A DNA stretch of 64,000 bases. Source: the human T2T-CHM13v2.0 reference genome, Homo sapiens. The notes under the pieces are model-generated. The model was given only the letters and a program-made list of their open reading frames with translations, had not been told where the DNA came from and did no database searches. Where the stretch lies: assembly GCF_009914755.1 (NCBI RefSeq), contig NC_060930.1; one strand, written 5' to 3'. Each line of letters opens with the position of its first letter. Positions within the stretch are counted from its first letter, which is position 1. Positions 1 to 15,018 of the stretch are shown here, piece by piece. Position numbers and translations under genes: made by a program.

Positions 1-439
1 AGAATAAGTCTCTGGAAAATAAGTGTCTCCTTGTGTGAGAATATTTGAATAGGAGCAAAATAAATGTTCTATCTCTGAAACATTTCAATATTTTTCAGAG
101 GAAAATCATTTCATGTTTATAATATCTCAGCACAAATTTTACATGAAACACTATAGGAAAGTCTCTTTCTAGTCATTTTTTGAACACTACATTTGAAGAA
201 GAAAATGTTAAAATCACAAAAAGTCATAAATAGTGTGTGTGCATGCATTTTATCAATACAATGATGTTTTTTGTGTCTTTAATGTATGAATAATTTTTAA
301 AGCATATCTTCATTTTTTTCTTTTTTTTTTGGTTTATTACTTGAGAAAACAGAGGTATCAGCTACTTAAAATTGCTTTGAAAATGTGAACCTAGTCAGAC
401 ACTGTGCACTGAAACAGTGATAAGTCACAGAATAACTAT

Positions 440-630
440 GAAAAACACTGAATTTCTTCTCAGGGGACCTGGGTTCTGGTCTAGATTCTACCATAAACTA
501 AATTTGTAGTCCTGTGTCATTCATTTTACATTTCTAAATACAAATTTCCTGATACGTAGAAACAAGCTACATATATTTCCCCTGCTTGTTTCCCAGAGTT
601 AACAGGATCAAATAAGAAAACATATGCATA
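440..630 (+). mobile_element. Degenerate MIR/MIR3 SINE
   Basis: 'gacctgggttctggtctagattctacc...ggatcaaataagaaaacatatg' resembles the MIR core and 3' part; highly diverged. Confidence 0.45.
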
Positions 631-699
631 TTATTCTCATTCTATTCCATATAAGGTAGACCTGAATAGTATCTTAATTGAGGAAATAAATGACTGTGA

Positions 700-865
700 A
701 ATGCATGAGATTCGGAATCTGATTGGGCTTCCAAGGTTCTTGGCTTGCCAGGTATCTTACCTTTGCAAGTTATTTTACTTTATTAATTCTCAGTTTGTTC
801 ATGTGCAAAATGGGGATAATAACTTTATTAAATTTCTCATGCTTATGAGGTAATGCAAAATGTCT
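700..865 (+). mobile_element. MIR SINE
   Basis: 'accttt gcaagttattttac..tctcagtttgttcatgtgcaaaatggggataataa' is the MIR core motif. Confidence 0.65.
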
Positions 866-2703
866 CCAAGTAAATATTAGCTTTGGGACTTCAGAGCACG
901 ACTGCTGTGATGATGACTTCTTGCAATATTAAATAAGTGGTGAAACCATCAGTGCTTCTAGAAGCCCGAAACATGTCTACACATATATGGGAGACTCAAC
1001 AAAATGGAGGGAAAAGTGATTCCAATTTTTCAAATTACTATGAAAAGAAAACAGTGACACATTTTATAGATTCTATGTGTTAGTAGGTTGAGTTACTTAA
1101 TTCGTTCATTTAATTCCACTATATCTTAATATAACCTATATCCTACTATACTAGAAATTGGTTTGTAATATGTTTAAATAGCATGGTCAATAACTAGAAA
1201 ACTTGATCAAAATATAGTCATCAAAATGAAGAAAGGAGAGTATTAATGGTTATAGAAATTCACTGGCTAAATTGAAGGAGATGGGAGGAGGCCTAGGATA
1301 TGATCTTCAGAGATTTAGTGTGATCCAGGAGAAAAATCATATAGCAGGTGGATTTCTAGAAGATACACTCAAAAGTTAACACTGAGGTAGAGATTGATAA
1401 CCATAGTTGAGAACTCTAATTAAATTCCACCACATTGATCAGGCTGAGCCTGTTTCTTGCCTCGGAACCCAGAGGCTTCATGACATTGTTCATAGGCAAG
1501 AAGTGATTTCAGATTTTCACATATTTCTGAATAAGATTTATTGTGGGAGAATTAAAGAATGGAGGGACAAATACAAACCCTTGTTGCTCCATCAAATTTT
1601 TTCTGAAAATATAATCTTTGCTTTGTAGCTTCTTTTTGTTTATTTTTTTAAATTTTGCTCCAGCTCTTTGTTAAACAAAATTTGAAATGATTTTTTGTAT
1701 TGTGTGTTAAACATTGGATCTTTGGGAATGCAGAAGAGAAGGATATTATAAGTTAAAGGAGTAAATTATTCAAATTATGCTTCTCTGGATTAAGAATTGT
1801 TCTAAGTGTATTCTCAAATTGAAAGTTTATTAATTAGCACTTTTTAATTAAGGTTTTCTCACTATTTTGCCATATTGAATATTAGCTATTATTGATACAT
1901 CCTCTAAGATGGGCATACAAATGAGAGGATACCTAACCTGACAGGGAAAAACAAATAATTGAAGGAAAAAAAAAACTTATCCTCAAGTGTAAAATCTTAC
2001 ACATCATGAAAAGATTACTAGTAATCAAAGTGTCTGACTTACTCTTTATGCAAATATTATTGAAAATCCTGCATATGCAAACAAAGATTCTTTATGATAG
2101 AGATTAAAGACATACAGTGCAGTGATTAGTATTCTTTGTATACATTCAAACCCAACAAGATTGATATGCAAGCAAAATGAATTACAATCAGGAATAACAC
2201 TCTGTTATTATCAAATCACTCAAAAACAGTACCAAGGCAATACAGCATTCAGGGAAATATGGGAATGTTGTGAGGCATTAGTGAGAGACAGGAAGATTTC
2301 TAGGAATATGATTTTATATCATTTATGGTTTAAAAATCTATAGGCAACAGACAAAATAAAACACAATGGAAATGATATACCAGCATAATTATTTATGAAA
2401 CAAAGACAGTTTTGCATACATTTTCAGGCCTTGGGCAAGATTGATCTTTTTAGGTCTTAGATCCTGAAGATGTATGCTAAACTATTCATAAAATTTTTCA
2501 TCACAAAATAATACTGTGACTGATTCTGTTCTTATTATTTTAGGGGGGAGAAAACTCCCACGCCCAAATTACATGCTCAATTTGGAAGCTGTTGGGGAAT
2601 CTACTGTTTCTTTAGGGCAATGATGTTTTTTTAAAATGCTACGCATGTCTTCTAAGGAGCATTTACCCAAAAGATTTCAAGAGTCACAAATTACATCAGA
2701 TGC

Positions 2704-3117
2704 TGTTTTAGTCCATTTTGCATTGCTATAAAGGAACTATCTGAGGCTGGGTAATTTATGAAGAAAATAGTTTTATTTGGCTCACAGTTCTGCAGGCTGT
2801 ACAAGACACATGCACCAGCATTTGCTTCTGGTGAGGGCTTCAGGAAGCTTCCAATCATGGCAGAAGGGGAAATTGAGCAGATAGCACATGGCAATAAAGG
2901 AAGGAAGAGAGAGCAGAAAGTGCCATGCTTTTTAAAATAACCAGCTTTTACATGAACTAATAGAGCAAGAACTCAGTCATTACCCAGAGGACAGTACCAA
3001 GGCATTCTTAAGGAGCCACTCCCATGACTCAAATACCTCCCACCAGGCTCCACCTCCAACATTGGGGATCAAATTTCAATATGAGATTTGGAGAGGACAA
3101 ATATCCAAACTATACCA
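2704..3117 (-). mobile_element. MaLR solo LTR, MSTB-like
   Basis: Runs from 'tgttttagtccattttgcattgctataaagg' to 'ccaaactatacca' with TG...CA termini; 5-bp flanks gatgc (2699-2703) and catgc (3118-3122) fit a TSD with one mismatch. Confidence 0.88.
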
Positions 3118-3856
3118 CATGCCAAGGTTAAAATAAAATATGGTCATATACTATTTCCTTTTGAAGATTGAACCATAATAGCAATTAAGGTAAAAATAAT
3201 CTGTAATTAAGAATAAAGCATTTTATTCTTATGGGATTAATTTAGAATTTTACTTAGAATAAATATGGCATTTCTGAAATCTACTCCCTTAAAAATGGCA
3301 TACTGTGAAAAGCAGACTGGTTTATTTCAAATCTATTGCCAAATAATTTAAAATCTCCAAGCCTCCCCATAACTAAAGCTTGAGTTATTGCACCTGCTTT
3401 TGAGCAACTGACAGATCTGTGCTACCTGAACTGATCTCTACTTTATCTCTGACTTGAGATTTAGAAATGTTGCAAGTGCCACATGAAAAGGTGGGCATGC
3501 AATGAGAATTGTGCTCTTCATCCTTGAGCCTCTTCTAAAGTTGTCAGGAATAAATGCAACATTCTGAACTACAAATTCATGAACTTAAAAGTTAGGCAAA
3601 AAAAGACAGGAAGAAGTGAGATGGTAGAAGTTTGGTAAAGTAAAATAAATAGGTATGTAAAACCAAGAGTGTCTTGCTGAGCACTCAGATTTTTAAATTC
3701 TGCATTGTCTCTGGAACAATTTTAAATTCAGGAACTACCCAATCTGGTCAACAAGATTGATTATTGTCACTAGTAACTTCATATCCATTGAAAAAGTCAA
3801 CATATTTTGTTTCTGAATACAATAAATAATTATTACTTAACTTCTCAGTTGCATTA

Positions 3857-3875
3857 TGATGATGATGATGATGAC
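3857..3875. repeat. (GAT)n short microsatellite
   Basis: atgatgatgatgatgatgac seen directly. Confidence 0.8.
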
Positions 3876-4267
3876 AGTAACAACACAAATAATTTTATTT
3901 TTATGAAATATCTTACTTGACCTTAACAATAACACTGAGAGAGACAATGACAGATTTTGTCATTAACCTCAGTTATCTAAGGAGAAAAGCTTAGATTAAT
4001 AATGCACTAAGGCTACAGGCCAAGGCCACATGAGTGAGATAAGTGACTGGAACCTGGTTATTATAACTCTATAGCCTGTACTCTTTGGTGGACACCACAC
4101 AGCCTCTCTATTACTGCCTCATATTAAAGTAGACACTTCATCAGTCTTAAACTTTGTATACAAATAGAGAAATTGATGTGATGAAGGATATCAGCTAATA
4201 TTTCCTATACTATATTTCAGTTTTAATCTATGTCAAAACTGAAGTGTGTTTATATTTAAAATATTCT

Positions 4268-7200
4268 AATTTTATATTTTTATTGATACATAATAATTGT
4301 ACATATTTATGGGGTACATGTGATATTTTGATACATGAATACAATGTGTAATCATCAAATCAGGGTAATTAGGATATCCATCACCTCAAACATTTATCTT
4401 TGTGTGTGCTGGGAAAATTTCAGATCTTCTCTTCTAGCTATTTTCAAATATACAATATATTATTGCTAACTATAGACACCCTATTCTATCAAACACTAGA
4501 ACTTATTTCTTCCATCTAACTGTACATTTGTACCCATTAATCAAACTCTTTTCATCCCACTTCACTTTCCAGCCTCTGGTAATTATCATTCTACTCTCTA
4601 CCTCCAATACATCAGCTTTTTTTTTTAGCTCTCACAGAAGGGTGAGAACGTGGAATAGTTGTCTTTCTGTGCCTGGCTTATTTCACTTAACATGATGATC
4701 AGCAGCTCCATCCATGTTGCTATAAATGACAAAATTTCATTCTTTTTTATGGTTGAATAGTATTCCATTATATTTTTATGGACCACATTTATACATTCAT
4801 CCATTGATGAACACTTAGGTTTATTCTGAATCTTGGCTATTGTGAATAGTGCTGCAATAAAAATGATGGTGAAGGTATCCCTTTGATATTCTGATTTCCT
4901 TACTGTTGGATAAATACCCAGCAGTGGGATTGTGGATCATATAGTATTAATAGCTCTATTTTTAGTTGTTTTTTTAAAGCAACTTCCATACTGTTTTTTA
5001 TACTGACTATACTAATGTACATTCCTACCAACAGTGTACGAGAGTTTCCCTTTCTCTGAATCTTTGCTAGCATTCGTTATGTTTTGTCTTTTTAACAATA
5101 GCCATTTTAATTGGGATGAGATATCTCATTGTGATTTTGATTTGCATTTCTCTGATGATTAGTGATGCTCAGCATTTTTTCATATACCTGTTTGCCATTT
5201 ATATGCCTCCTTTTGAGAAATGTCTATTCGGATCCTTTGTCCAGTATTTAATGAGATTATTTGTTTTTGTTTTGCTGTTGAATTGTTTGAGTTCCTTGTA
5301 TATTCTGCAAATTAGTCCTGTCAGGTGAACAGTTCGAAAATGTTCTCTTCCTTTTTGTAAATTGTCTGTTTACTGTGTTCATTGTTTCCTCTGCTGTGCA
5401 AAAACTTTAAAAATTTAACAGGTAAGGTGATATGTAAGGGATAGGAGTCTATTTCATTCTTCACATATAAATAGATAGTTTTCCTACCACCATTTATCGA
5501 AGAGAGTGTTCTTTCACCAATGTCTGTTCTTGGCACCTTTGTTGAAAATCAGTTGGTTGTAAATACGTGAATATTTTTCTGGGCTCTTGATTCTGTTCCA
5601 TTGGCCTACGTGTCTGTTTTCATATCAATGTCATGTTGCCTTGGTTACTATGTCTTTGTAGTATATTTTGAAGTGATGCTTCCTGCTTTGTTATTTTTGC
5701 TCAAGATAGCATTGACTATTTAGACTTCTTTGTGGTTTCATACAAATTTTAGCATTTATTTTCTATTTCTGTAAAGAATGACATTGGTTCTTTTTATTAA
5801 TTTCATTTCACCATGGCTTGAAAATATGTAATTTTGATTTTTAAAAACTGATATAATTTTGATTTTTAAAAATTTTTTGAGACTTATTATGTTGCCTAAT
5901 ACATGGTCTATCCTGGAGTATGTTCCATGTGCCAATGAGAAGAATGTATATTCTGAAGCTGTTGGATTAAAATGTTCTGTAAATGTATGCTAGGTTCATT
6001 TGCTCTAAAGTACAGTTTAAGTTCAATATTTGTTGGTTGATTTTCTGTAAAGATGATCTATCCAATGCTGAGAGTGGGATGTTAGAGTCTCCAACTATTA
6101 TTACATTGAGGTCTATCTCTCCCTTTAGATCTAAACATCTTTCCATTATATGCCTGGGTGCTCTTGTGTTGAATACATATATAATTAGAATTGTTATATC
6201 CTTTTGCTAAATTGATTTATCATTATATAATTACTTTATTTGCTTATTTTCACAGTTTTCAACTTAAAGTCTGTTTTATCTGATATAAGTATAGCTATTA
6301 ACATTTGGTTTCCATTTGCATGTAACATCTTTTCACATCCCTTCATTTTCAGTCTATATGTGTCTTTACAGGTGAAATGAGTTTCTTATAGGCAGCATAT
6401 AGTTAGGTCATGTTTCTTTAATCCTTTCAGCCAGACTATATATTTTAAGTGGGGAATTTAGCCCATTTACATTCAAAGTTATTATTGATAGGTAAAGACT
6501 TATTCCTGTTTATTTTGTTAATTGTTTTCTGTTTTCTTTTTGTATACCCTTTGTTTCTTTCTTCTTCTCTTATTGTTTATCATTGTAGCTTTGTGGTTTT
6601 ATATAGTAGTAATATTTGAGTCATTTTTCTTTCTCATTTGTATGTCTGCTCTGAGTGAGTTTTATACTTTTTTGTGTTTTCATGATAGTATATATTGTCT
6701 TTTCACTTTCAGATGTAGGACTTCATTGAGCCTTTTTTGTATGGCCGGTTAGTGGTGATGAATTATCTCAGTTTTTGCCTATAAGAGAAAAACTATTTTT
6801 CCTTCATTTTTGATGGATAATTTTGTGGTTCATAGTATTCTTGGCTGGCAGTTTTTATTGTTTGTTTGTTTTTTCCTTTTCAGCACTTTGCTTATATCAA
6901 CCTATTATTTCCTAGCCTCTATAGTTTCTGCTGAGAAATTCATCGTTAGTCTGATGGGGATACCCTTGCATGTGACTTGATTCTTTTCTCTTGATTCTTT
7001 TCTTTTGATGTTTTTAAATTCTCTTCTCTTTCTTTGGCTTTTGACAGTTTCTCTATTATGCCTTGGAGAAGACTTTGAAGTTGAATCTATTTGGGAATCT
7101 TTGAGCTTCCTATAATTAAATGTCTATATCTCTTTCAGCTTTTAATACTTGAAAAGTTTTCAGGTATTATTTTGTTAAATAGAATTTCTATGCCTTTTCC

Positions 7201-9145
7201 CATCTCTTCTTTTTCTGGAACACATACAATTCAAATATTTGGAAGCTTGTGGTGTCTCATATGTAACATAGGTTTTTTCCTTTGGTTTGATCTATTTTAT
7301 TATTGAATCTTTCAATTGTATGTTTTATTTCATTCACTGAATTGTTCAGTTCCAGGATTTCTGTTTGTTTCTTTTTATGATATATATACATCTTTGTTGA
7401 ATTTCTCATTCAGATTATGAATATTTTTATGACTTCTTTGTGTTGTTTATCTATGTTCTCTTATATCTCACTAAGCTTCTTCAATATCATTTTGAATTCT
7501 TTTTCAGGCATTTCATATATTTTTTAAAAATTAAAATCTGTTGCTCAATAATCATTGTTTTCATTTAGAGCTGTCAAGTTTCCTTGTTTTTTCATATTTC
7601 TTATATCTTTATGTTGACACATTTGTATCTGGTATCAGCCAACTTTATGGATTAGCTTTGTAGGGAAAGACTTATTCCAATGATGTATCTAAAGTGTTGG
7701 TTGTGTAGGGCATGTTGGTTTTGATTCTGGGTGGGCACAATAGTACAGTCTCTGTGTGACATCTTTGGCTGTATTCAGCATCAGTGGTGTCTTAATTTTT
7801 TCAGTGGCTTGGGCTATGGTTGTTAGTGAAGGCTGTGGTAAGGCTTTACTGGAGACAGGGACATCAGGTAGTCAGTCCTTGGGCCCCAGATGGCATATGT
7901 GGGCACTGGTGGTAGCAGGTTTGGGCAGGCTAATCTTTGGGCCTTCAAGTGGCTTGCTCAGGTGCTGTAAGTGGCACCTGTGGGCTGGGCAGGCAGACAG
8001 GTTCTTGGGCCCCTGGATGGTGAGCATGGGATTCAGCAATGGTAGTTGTGGTAGTGCGTTAATATTCAGGGCCCCAGGTGGCATGCATGGGCACTAATCG
8101 TGGCAGTGATGGGCTGGTTGCTACAGCCCCTAGGTCCCCAGGTGGTACATACAGCTTGAGTCAGTCAATCTCCAGGTACCCCAATGATGCATGAAGATAA
8201 AGGTTGGGGCAGGAGGGGCTGGTCAATTCCCAGATGACAGGCACCAGCTATTGTGGGTGGGGTACTTGATTTCCAAGCACTAGGTAGCAGCCATGGGCAG
8301 AGTGGGCCTGTCCTCAGGCCTCGGGATGATGCCCAGGAGTGCCAGTCACCAGGCCTTCTGAAGGCACATGCAGGTATGCAGCAGCCTCGCTGCTGGGTGT
8401 GGGTAGTAACGTTGCTGTCAGCAGCCCAAGACAGGCAACTCTCAGGCTCTGGGGAGGTATGCTTCAGCTCTCTTTGTCCTGAGGCCAGCTTCCCTGGTGC
8501 ACTGCACCCTGCATTTCTTGGGTGCGAGACATTGCGTAGGCTAGAGTGCTGGGGACCTGGCTGCACTGCTGGGTCTTGTCAGCATTGTGATGCTGTAGCC
8601 CTCTGGGTGGACATGGAAGGATGTCAGCAGAGTTCCAGACATGTGGAGATGCAGGTACAGTTGGGTTCCAGGACAGAATGTAGTCTGTTGAGGGCTAGGC
8701 TCTAAAAATGTCACTATAGTGCAGCTGCTTGGGTCTGGGGAGGTGTATGGAGCCCAGCACAAACACCCTCTCTGAAACAATACCATTGTATGGACTCCAG
8801 GCAGCTCCCTATACTAATCTCAGGATCTGCAAGGGTCAAGGGGCTTTCCCATGGCTAGGATTTCAGGAATATGCAGAAGGAATGTGGACTACTGGACATC
8901 TCTTGCTGGCTTTTTCCCTGCACTAAGGAGTTTATCTTGGCTTTGAGCCAAATCTGGCCAGTCCAGCCTTTTCACTTTCCTCTCCTTTTGTGCTTCAGGA
9001 GTTCCCCGTCACTTCCCTGCTGAATTCCAATGTTCTCTCTTAGATGCTCTCTGCAACATGTGATTATCTACTTGCTGTTTTGGTTCTTCTTTGTGGAAGA
9101 GGTTAGTGCTGGGTACTTCTAGTCAGCCATCCATTTTGTAGGCCC
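4268..9145 (-). mobile_element. Old L1 (L1MA-type 3' end), both ends present but internally deleted
   Basis: 3' UTR signature 'tttttattgatacataataattgtacatatttatggggtacatgtgatattttg'; ORF2 C-terminal, endonuclease and ORF1 remnants to ~7.6 kb; GC-richer 5' UTR at 7.7-9.1 kb ending 'ctagtcagccatccattttg'. Confidence 0.88.
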
Positions 9146-10649
9146 CTCCCCAAGTATTTTATTTTTATGAGAACTATTGGCAAAAATTCTTTTTCCTGCA
9201 GTAATGCTGTTTGAATTTCACCTTTAAAGGCAAAAAATACCTCCTTAGTGTGAGATCTGAAATCAAGTTATAAATCTTTACTAAAATATTAGCCTCAAAG
9301 ATTAAGGCTAAAGACAGTAAATATGGATTCAGAGTCCTTGTTTGTTTTAACCCACCTCATTTTCTTAACTTTTCCATCATATATACCACACAATGAAAAT
9401 TTTGAGTTTATCAACTTGTCAGGGAAAAGGATTGTGAGGAACAAAACCTTAAAAAGCAAAGTAATGATCATCACAATGTCATCACAATTTCCCCCAGGAA
9501 TAAAGCTGAGTGCAACATATGACCTATACAAATGTAAGAGGAAGTTCTATTGCTATTTGGTGTATCTTACATCTTGCTTTAGTAATTAAAGGATATCTCC
9601 ATAGTGTCAATTTTTGACTATTCCTAGTTGATTTTTATTCTTGCCATAGCTCTCTCCTATTCAATCAGCATCTCTCCTTATCCCAGTTGGTGTGCTGTCC
9701 TGGGGAATGTCATATTAGCCCCTACAAAAATAATTTAGGCAACAAGTTTTCCTCAATTAAGTTCACAATATATTTGTACAATAAGTGTGATTAAATTTTG
9801 TGTAACATTTACTTCTGTTTTTCTAGAGAAATCTGGAAGTAGAAGGACTTGAAAAATGTATGATTAGTATACATGTTTAGCTTTATTATAAAATGACCCA
9901 GTGGGTTACTTGATATGAAAGGTTTTTACTGTTCATTTGATTCTATTTATTATTTGTTTGTTTTAGTTGTTGACTAAGTTTGGTTCTAAATATAAAAAGT
10001 TGCAAAACAGTACATACATACTAAATCTGGAGTTTAACTTCTGGTGTATTCATCTATTTTGTATTCTGTAGAAGGGAAGCACCTGCTGGAAAAATACACA
10101 GATAACTGATAACTTCTACAAAATTATATCATAAGCTATGTACTAAAATCTGTATAAAAAGAACAGTATAGTAAATCTCTCCTAACACTGGACTACATAT
10201 TTGTTCTACAGGAGTTAAGACAGATTGCATGAATTCACCTATAATCTCTAATTTAGACTTCCTTGGAATTATGCATTTATAAAAGCATAGAAAATATTCA
10301 GTCTAACTCTACTACTTAAAGAAAAATAATGTTAATTCTCATCATATGTTTATTATTAGTGTTGTTTTTTATTAGTAGTTGTGGTCAATAAAAAGGTTTA
10401 TGATAAAATGAACTCCAATAGAAAGTCCAGTTTCTTTTATATCTTAGAATTTTGCTGCATCAAAAACTACTTGAAGCCAATATAATTTGTAAATATTTTC
10501 TGATGTGAAATCTACTTGTAATATTATTGTAGGTATTCTAGGTTTTCCTTGGAATTTTTCAGAAAAATTTTAATTTAAAATGTTTGAGGTGTTCAAGTCT
10601 AATGATTTGAGAAACGCAGCCATTCCATATTGGCTGTTGTTCGTCATGT

Positions 10650-10960
10650 TTTTTTTGTCGTTGCTGTTGTTTTTTGAGACAGAGTCTTGCTCTGTCACCC
10701 AGGCTGGAGTGCAGTGGCGTGATCTCAGCTCACTGCAACCTCTGCCTCCTGGGCTGAAGCGATTCTCCTGCCTCAGCCCTCCTGAGTAGCTGGGACTACA
10801 GGCGCATGCCACCAAGCCCAACTAATTTTTTTTTGTATTTTTAGTAGAGACTGGGTTTAACCACATTGGTCAGGCTGGTCTCGAACTCCTGATCTTGTGA
10901 TCTGCCTGCCTCAGCCTCCCAAACTGCTGAGATTACAGGTGTGAGCCACCGTGCCCAGCC
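10650..10960 (-). mobile_element. Alu, AluS family (Sc/Sg-like)
   Basis: Full dimer from 'tttttgagacagagtcttgctctgtcaccc' to 'gtgagccaccgtgcccagcc'; TSD cgtcatgtttt/catcatgtttt. Confidence 0.95.
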
Positions 10961-13900
10961 CATCATGTTTTTATTGTTAGATGCTTGGTGTTTCTCAGTC
11001 ATTTGGATGGTATTGATGTCATAAGAGCAGATAATTAACATGCGATCTTTATTTTAACATTCCTCATGACATTTGTTGCCTTTGCTCAGAAAAACGATCA
11101 CAGTCATGAAATTTCCTAAACTGACAATGAGGGTAAAACTACTTACATTCAGCCTAATTTAAAATGCCATAATAATTTCTTTCTTTAGTCTTGCTTCTTA
11201 TCAATATTGAATATCAGTAGATGTAAAAGATATATTTATAGTTAACTTATAAAAGATATATTAAATTAGAAGTCTGATGTCTCTGTCACAGTGAATAATT
11301 AACTTATAAGAAATGGAAAATAAATAGCTGAAAATGACTGATGTAGAGATTGTAATCACAGGCAGGAGAGGGCTACAAAATCAGAAGAGTGCAAACATTC
11401 AGAGATAAAAGAAACTCTCTAGCTATATGAATGAATAAATTGAGTCTGTGACTCTTTGGAAGCTATTTTGTAGTATCTATATACTTGAACTTATGATTTC
11501 AGAATCAGATATATGAATGAGCAGTAGATAAGAAAAAAGTCCAGAAATATATGGTTTGCTTTAGTTGGGAGCTTGGTCTTAAAATGACCAAATGGATTCC
11601 TTGACCATGAAATGTTTTTATTGTTTATTTGATTGTATTTCTTTTGGGTTTGTTTGTTTCATATTTTAGCTCATTTTGGTATTGGGTAGTCTATCAATTT
11701 ACTATAAAAGTATTTAGTTGATTTGCTTTTGTTATTTCAAAAAATATGCACAACTTTTGATAAAACAGTAAATTGTTAGCTTGCTTTATTTTTTATTTTT
11801 TGTATATATTTTGGCATTGTTTTAATTCCAAAGTTTTCCAACTCTTAGAAACACCTAAGATGTTTAAATATATTATATCATACACTGATGAAGCAACAGC
11901 AATAGCTAGAAAGCAAGGAAAAAGTAATCAGAATAACTAAAGAAGCTCCTTATGACATATTTTAACAACCTTCCTTCTTATCATAAGATATGCCACAAGA
12001 AAAGGTCATAAATGAAATGAAAGGCAATGCTAGGGATTACATATTGGATGTTAGATCCTAAATATGTGTGCATTATAGCATATTAAAAATCTGACCTCAA
12101 TAAAACAGGTAATCTATTAAAAACTTTAACCACGTCTATAATTACTGAAAGGATTGGTATGTTAAAAGACCCACAAAAACTTGAGGAAATTTTATGAATC
12201 CTAAGGGAATAAATATAACTGAATTAAGACCTAAGAATGATATTTCAGCAACAGAGGAAATGCTTTTGTGATTACCAAGTATATCACTTTTACAAGTGTA
12301 TTTTATTTAGTTGCATTTCCTAGTCTTATCTTTAAAATTTATTGAAGTAGATTATTATTTTTAACAGTTCTGCAAAGAGAGAAATCAACTAGAGTTTTAT
12401 GATTTGAAAATTATTTTGCTCAAACAGCTTTATGTCTGTAAGAAAGTAAAATTTCTGAAATCCAATGTGATGAAATTGGACTTGCTGACACTCTTGAATT
12501 AATGTAAGGAAAACCTATATACATTCAAAGTAATTTAAATAACCATGATCTGTGCCTTTTCTTAGACTTTAAAATGGAAATGATGACACACTGCCTGTAT
12601 CCACTTCCTAGGATGTGGTAAAGATTAATTTGATATTTTAAATAGGAATAGATCAAAAATTGATGGAGTTAGAGTATCAGAGAAATGTGCGTAATGTTAT
12701 TAGGTAAAAATATATTATTCACTGAGATGTGGCAAGATTTTTGCTTGGCACTATATTTTCTATGAATTACTTCAGTTATGTAGGTAGCAATGATCTGCTT
12801 ATAAACTTTTAGCTTGAAGCCTCTTTGAAAGAGATTCTAATATGTGTCAAATTTTCTGTTCTTTAACCAATTCTTTTTAATATCAAAACAACCTCCTGGA
12901 AAATTCATCTTAAATTTAATTTGTTGATTAATAGAATCTAAGAAGATCCTCATTTCTGCCTAAAAATGTGTGGCTTAAACGCAGTGTCAGCCTTCCATCG
13001 GTATTTACAGAAAATTAACTTCTGAGATGAACTGATACGAAGCAAATTTCTGTATTCAACTTAATGAATTAACAACATGTGTTAGTTACATTATTTTCCA
13101 TTATGTAAACTTGTCAAATAGCAAACAAATGTCACAGAGCCACTTAAAACCATGATTTATTTGTATTAAATTCTAGTAATTCATTTTATTTATTGGTATT
13201 AGCACTGTATCTTTTAAAATTAGCTTTTATATGAACTCGAGACCTCCTATGGAGACAGAGGAGGCAATGACCACATAGCTAATTCTTAGAGGTCTTTGAT
13301 TTGAGATGTGGCACTCTGAGTCCACGCAGCATAATGAATAGAACTACTTTTGAAGCTTAACCTACATACCCATATTTTAGAATCAAGATAATGAAATAAA
13401 TCACTTAAGTAAATGTCTTGTTCAGTTACAGAAAAAATAAGGGATTAGTAAATAGTAAGGAATAAACAAAAAAAATTTTAAAAGATCCTAATGAAAATAA
13501 GAGCCAGACTGAATGTTGAAGATGATGTTCAGTAGGAAAAGGTGAATGATTTTTAAAAATGACTTATAAATAAATATTAGGCAAAGACTCAAAAAAATGT
13601 TTAAAACTCTCAGATGACTAAACAGAAAATAGAAGATAAAAAGGTCAAAAAGAACTATTCGGATTTAAAAGATATAAAAGAACAAAGCACAGCAGGTAAT
13701 AAAATAAATAAGATAAAGTTTAGAATGGTGCAGTCTGCAAATGAGAAGCTGATAAAGAGAAAGGAATTCAATAAAGAACAATATAAGTAATTGAGGCAGA
13801 AAAAAAAACTCTTACTTTAAAAAGACATACTATAGGCATACAGATGTTTCACTTAACATATAATAACTAAATGACTAGTGGTTAATATTTTTTTACCTTC

Positions 13901-14476
13901 TCACAGTTTTGTATAGTAGATTGTATGGGAAATTTGATCCATTTGAATGACCTACGTGAGGTGAACATTTTGATGCCTATGTTATTATTTTTTAGTAAAG
14001 ACTAGGTCACAGAAATATAACAAGTCAATAACTCAATCCTAAGTCTTATTTTAAGTTAACCATTGACAACGCAACTCAATTGATTTACTCATTAGCCATT
14101 GTTCTGTACAGCTTTCAGAAAGAAAGTCTGCAAATAATTTCTTTCACATTTTTTAGGGCCTGAGAACATAGCAAAGGTGCTATTGGAGCCCTTAGAAGTA
14201 ATCTATGCATTGAGTATTCATCTGTTATTTTAGTGCCTATTACGCCCCCCAAATTTGAGGGGACAGCTACCATGAAAACTACAAATACAGAACAAACACA
14301 AATTTAAAATAACAACAATAATAATAACACAAAGCACAATGGAGAAGAAAATCTTTCCTAAAACCCAAGTCTTAATATAGCTCTAAGCCCCAAACTTAAG
14401 TTTGACTATGCTAGAAATGGGGGACAAAAAGGCACTATGTATTGTTACATAAATTTCATCTAATGGCTAGCTATCA

Positions 14477-14819
14477 ATGTAGCCATTAAACAAATGAGAT
14501 CATGTCCTTAGCAGGGACATGGATGGAGCTGGAGGCCATTGTTCTTAGCAAACACAGGAACAGAAAACGAAATACTGCATATTCTCACTTCTAAGTGGGA
14601 ATTAAATGATCAGAACCCATGGATACATAGAGAGGAATGACACTCACAAGGACTTTTTGGAGGGTGAAGGGTGGGGGGAAGGAGAAGATCAGGAAAAATA
14701 ACTAATGAGTAGTGGGCTTAATGCCTTGGTGATGAAATAATCTGTAAAACAAACACAGGTTTACCCATATAACAAATCTGCACTTGTACCCCTGCACTTA
14801 AAAGCTTTTTTTAAAAAAA
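14477..14819 (+). mobile_element. L1 3' end (L1PA15/16-like)
   Basis: 'gcagggacatggatggagctggaggccatt' and 'gatcaggaaaaataactaatg...ggtgatgaaataatctgta', followed by an A-rich tail. Confidence 0.88.
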
Positions 14820-15018
14820 TGTTGCTCTAGAATTCAACACTGTGAATTTAACCACAGACAATGAGTAAAACATAAATAATGTCTGATATCATTTTAGGAA
14901 TACTAAAAAACATTTTATTTTTCCACAGCATTGTTCTCATTGAATATACTTATCATTCTAAAATCCATATCAGATTATGTCATTTAATGAATTAAATCTT
15001 TTGATGGCTTCACATCGC

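Noticed and set aside
7756-8926. Cluster of 70-150 aa ORFs on both strands
   Set aside because: They lie in the GC-rich 5' UTR of the old L1, where stops are rarer; no recognisable protein motif.
10570-11041. ORFs with Alu-like peptides (also at 42145-43095 and 61356-61625)
   Set aside because: Translations of Alu sequence, not genes.
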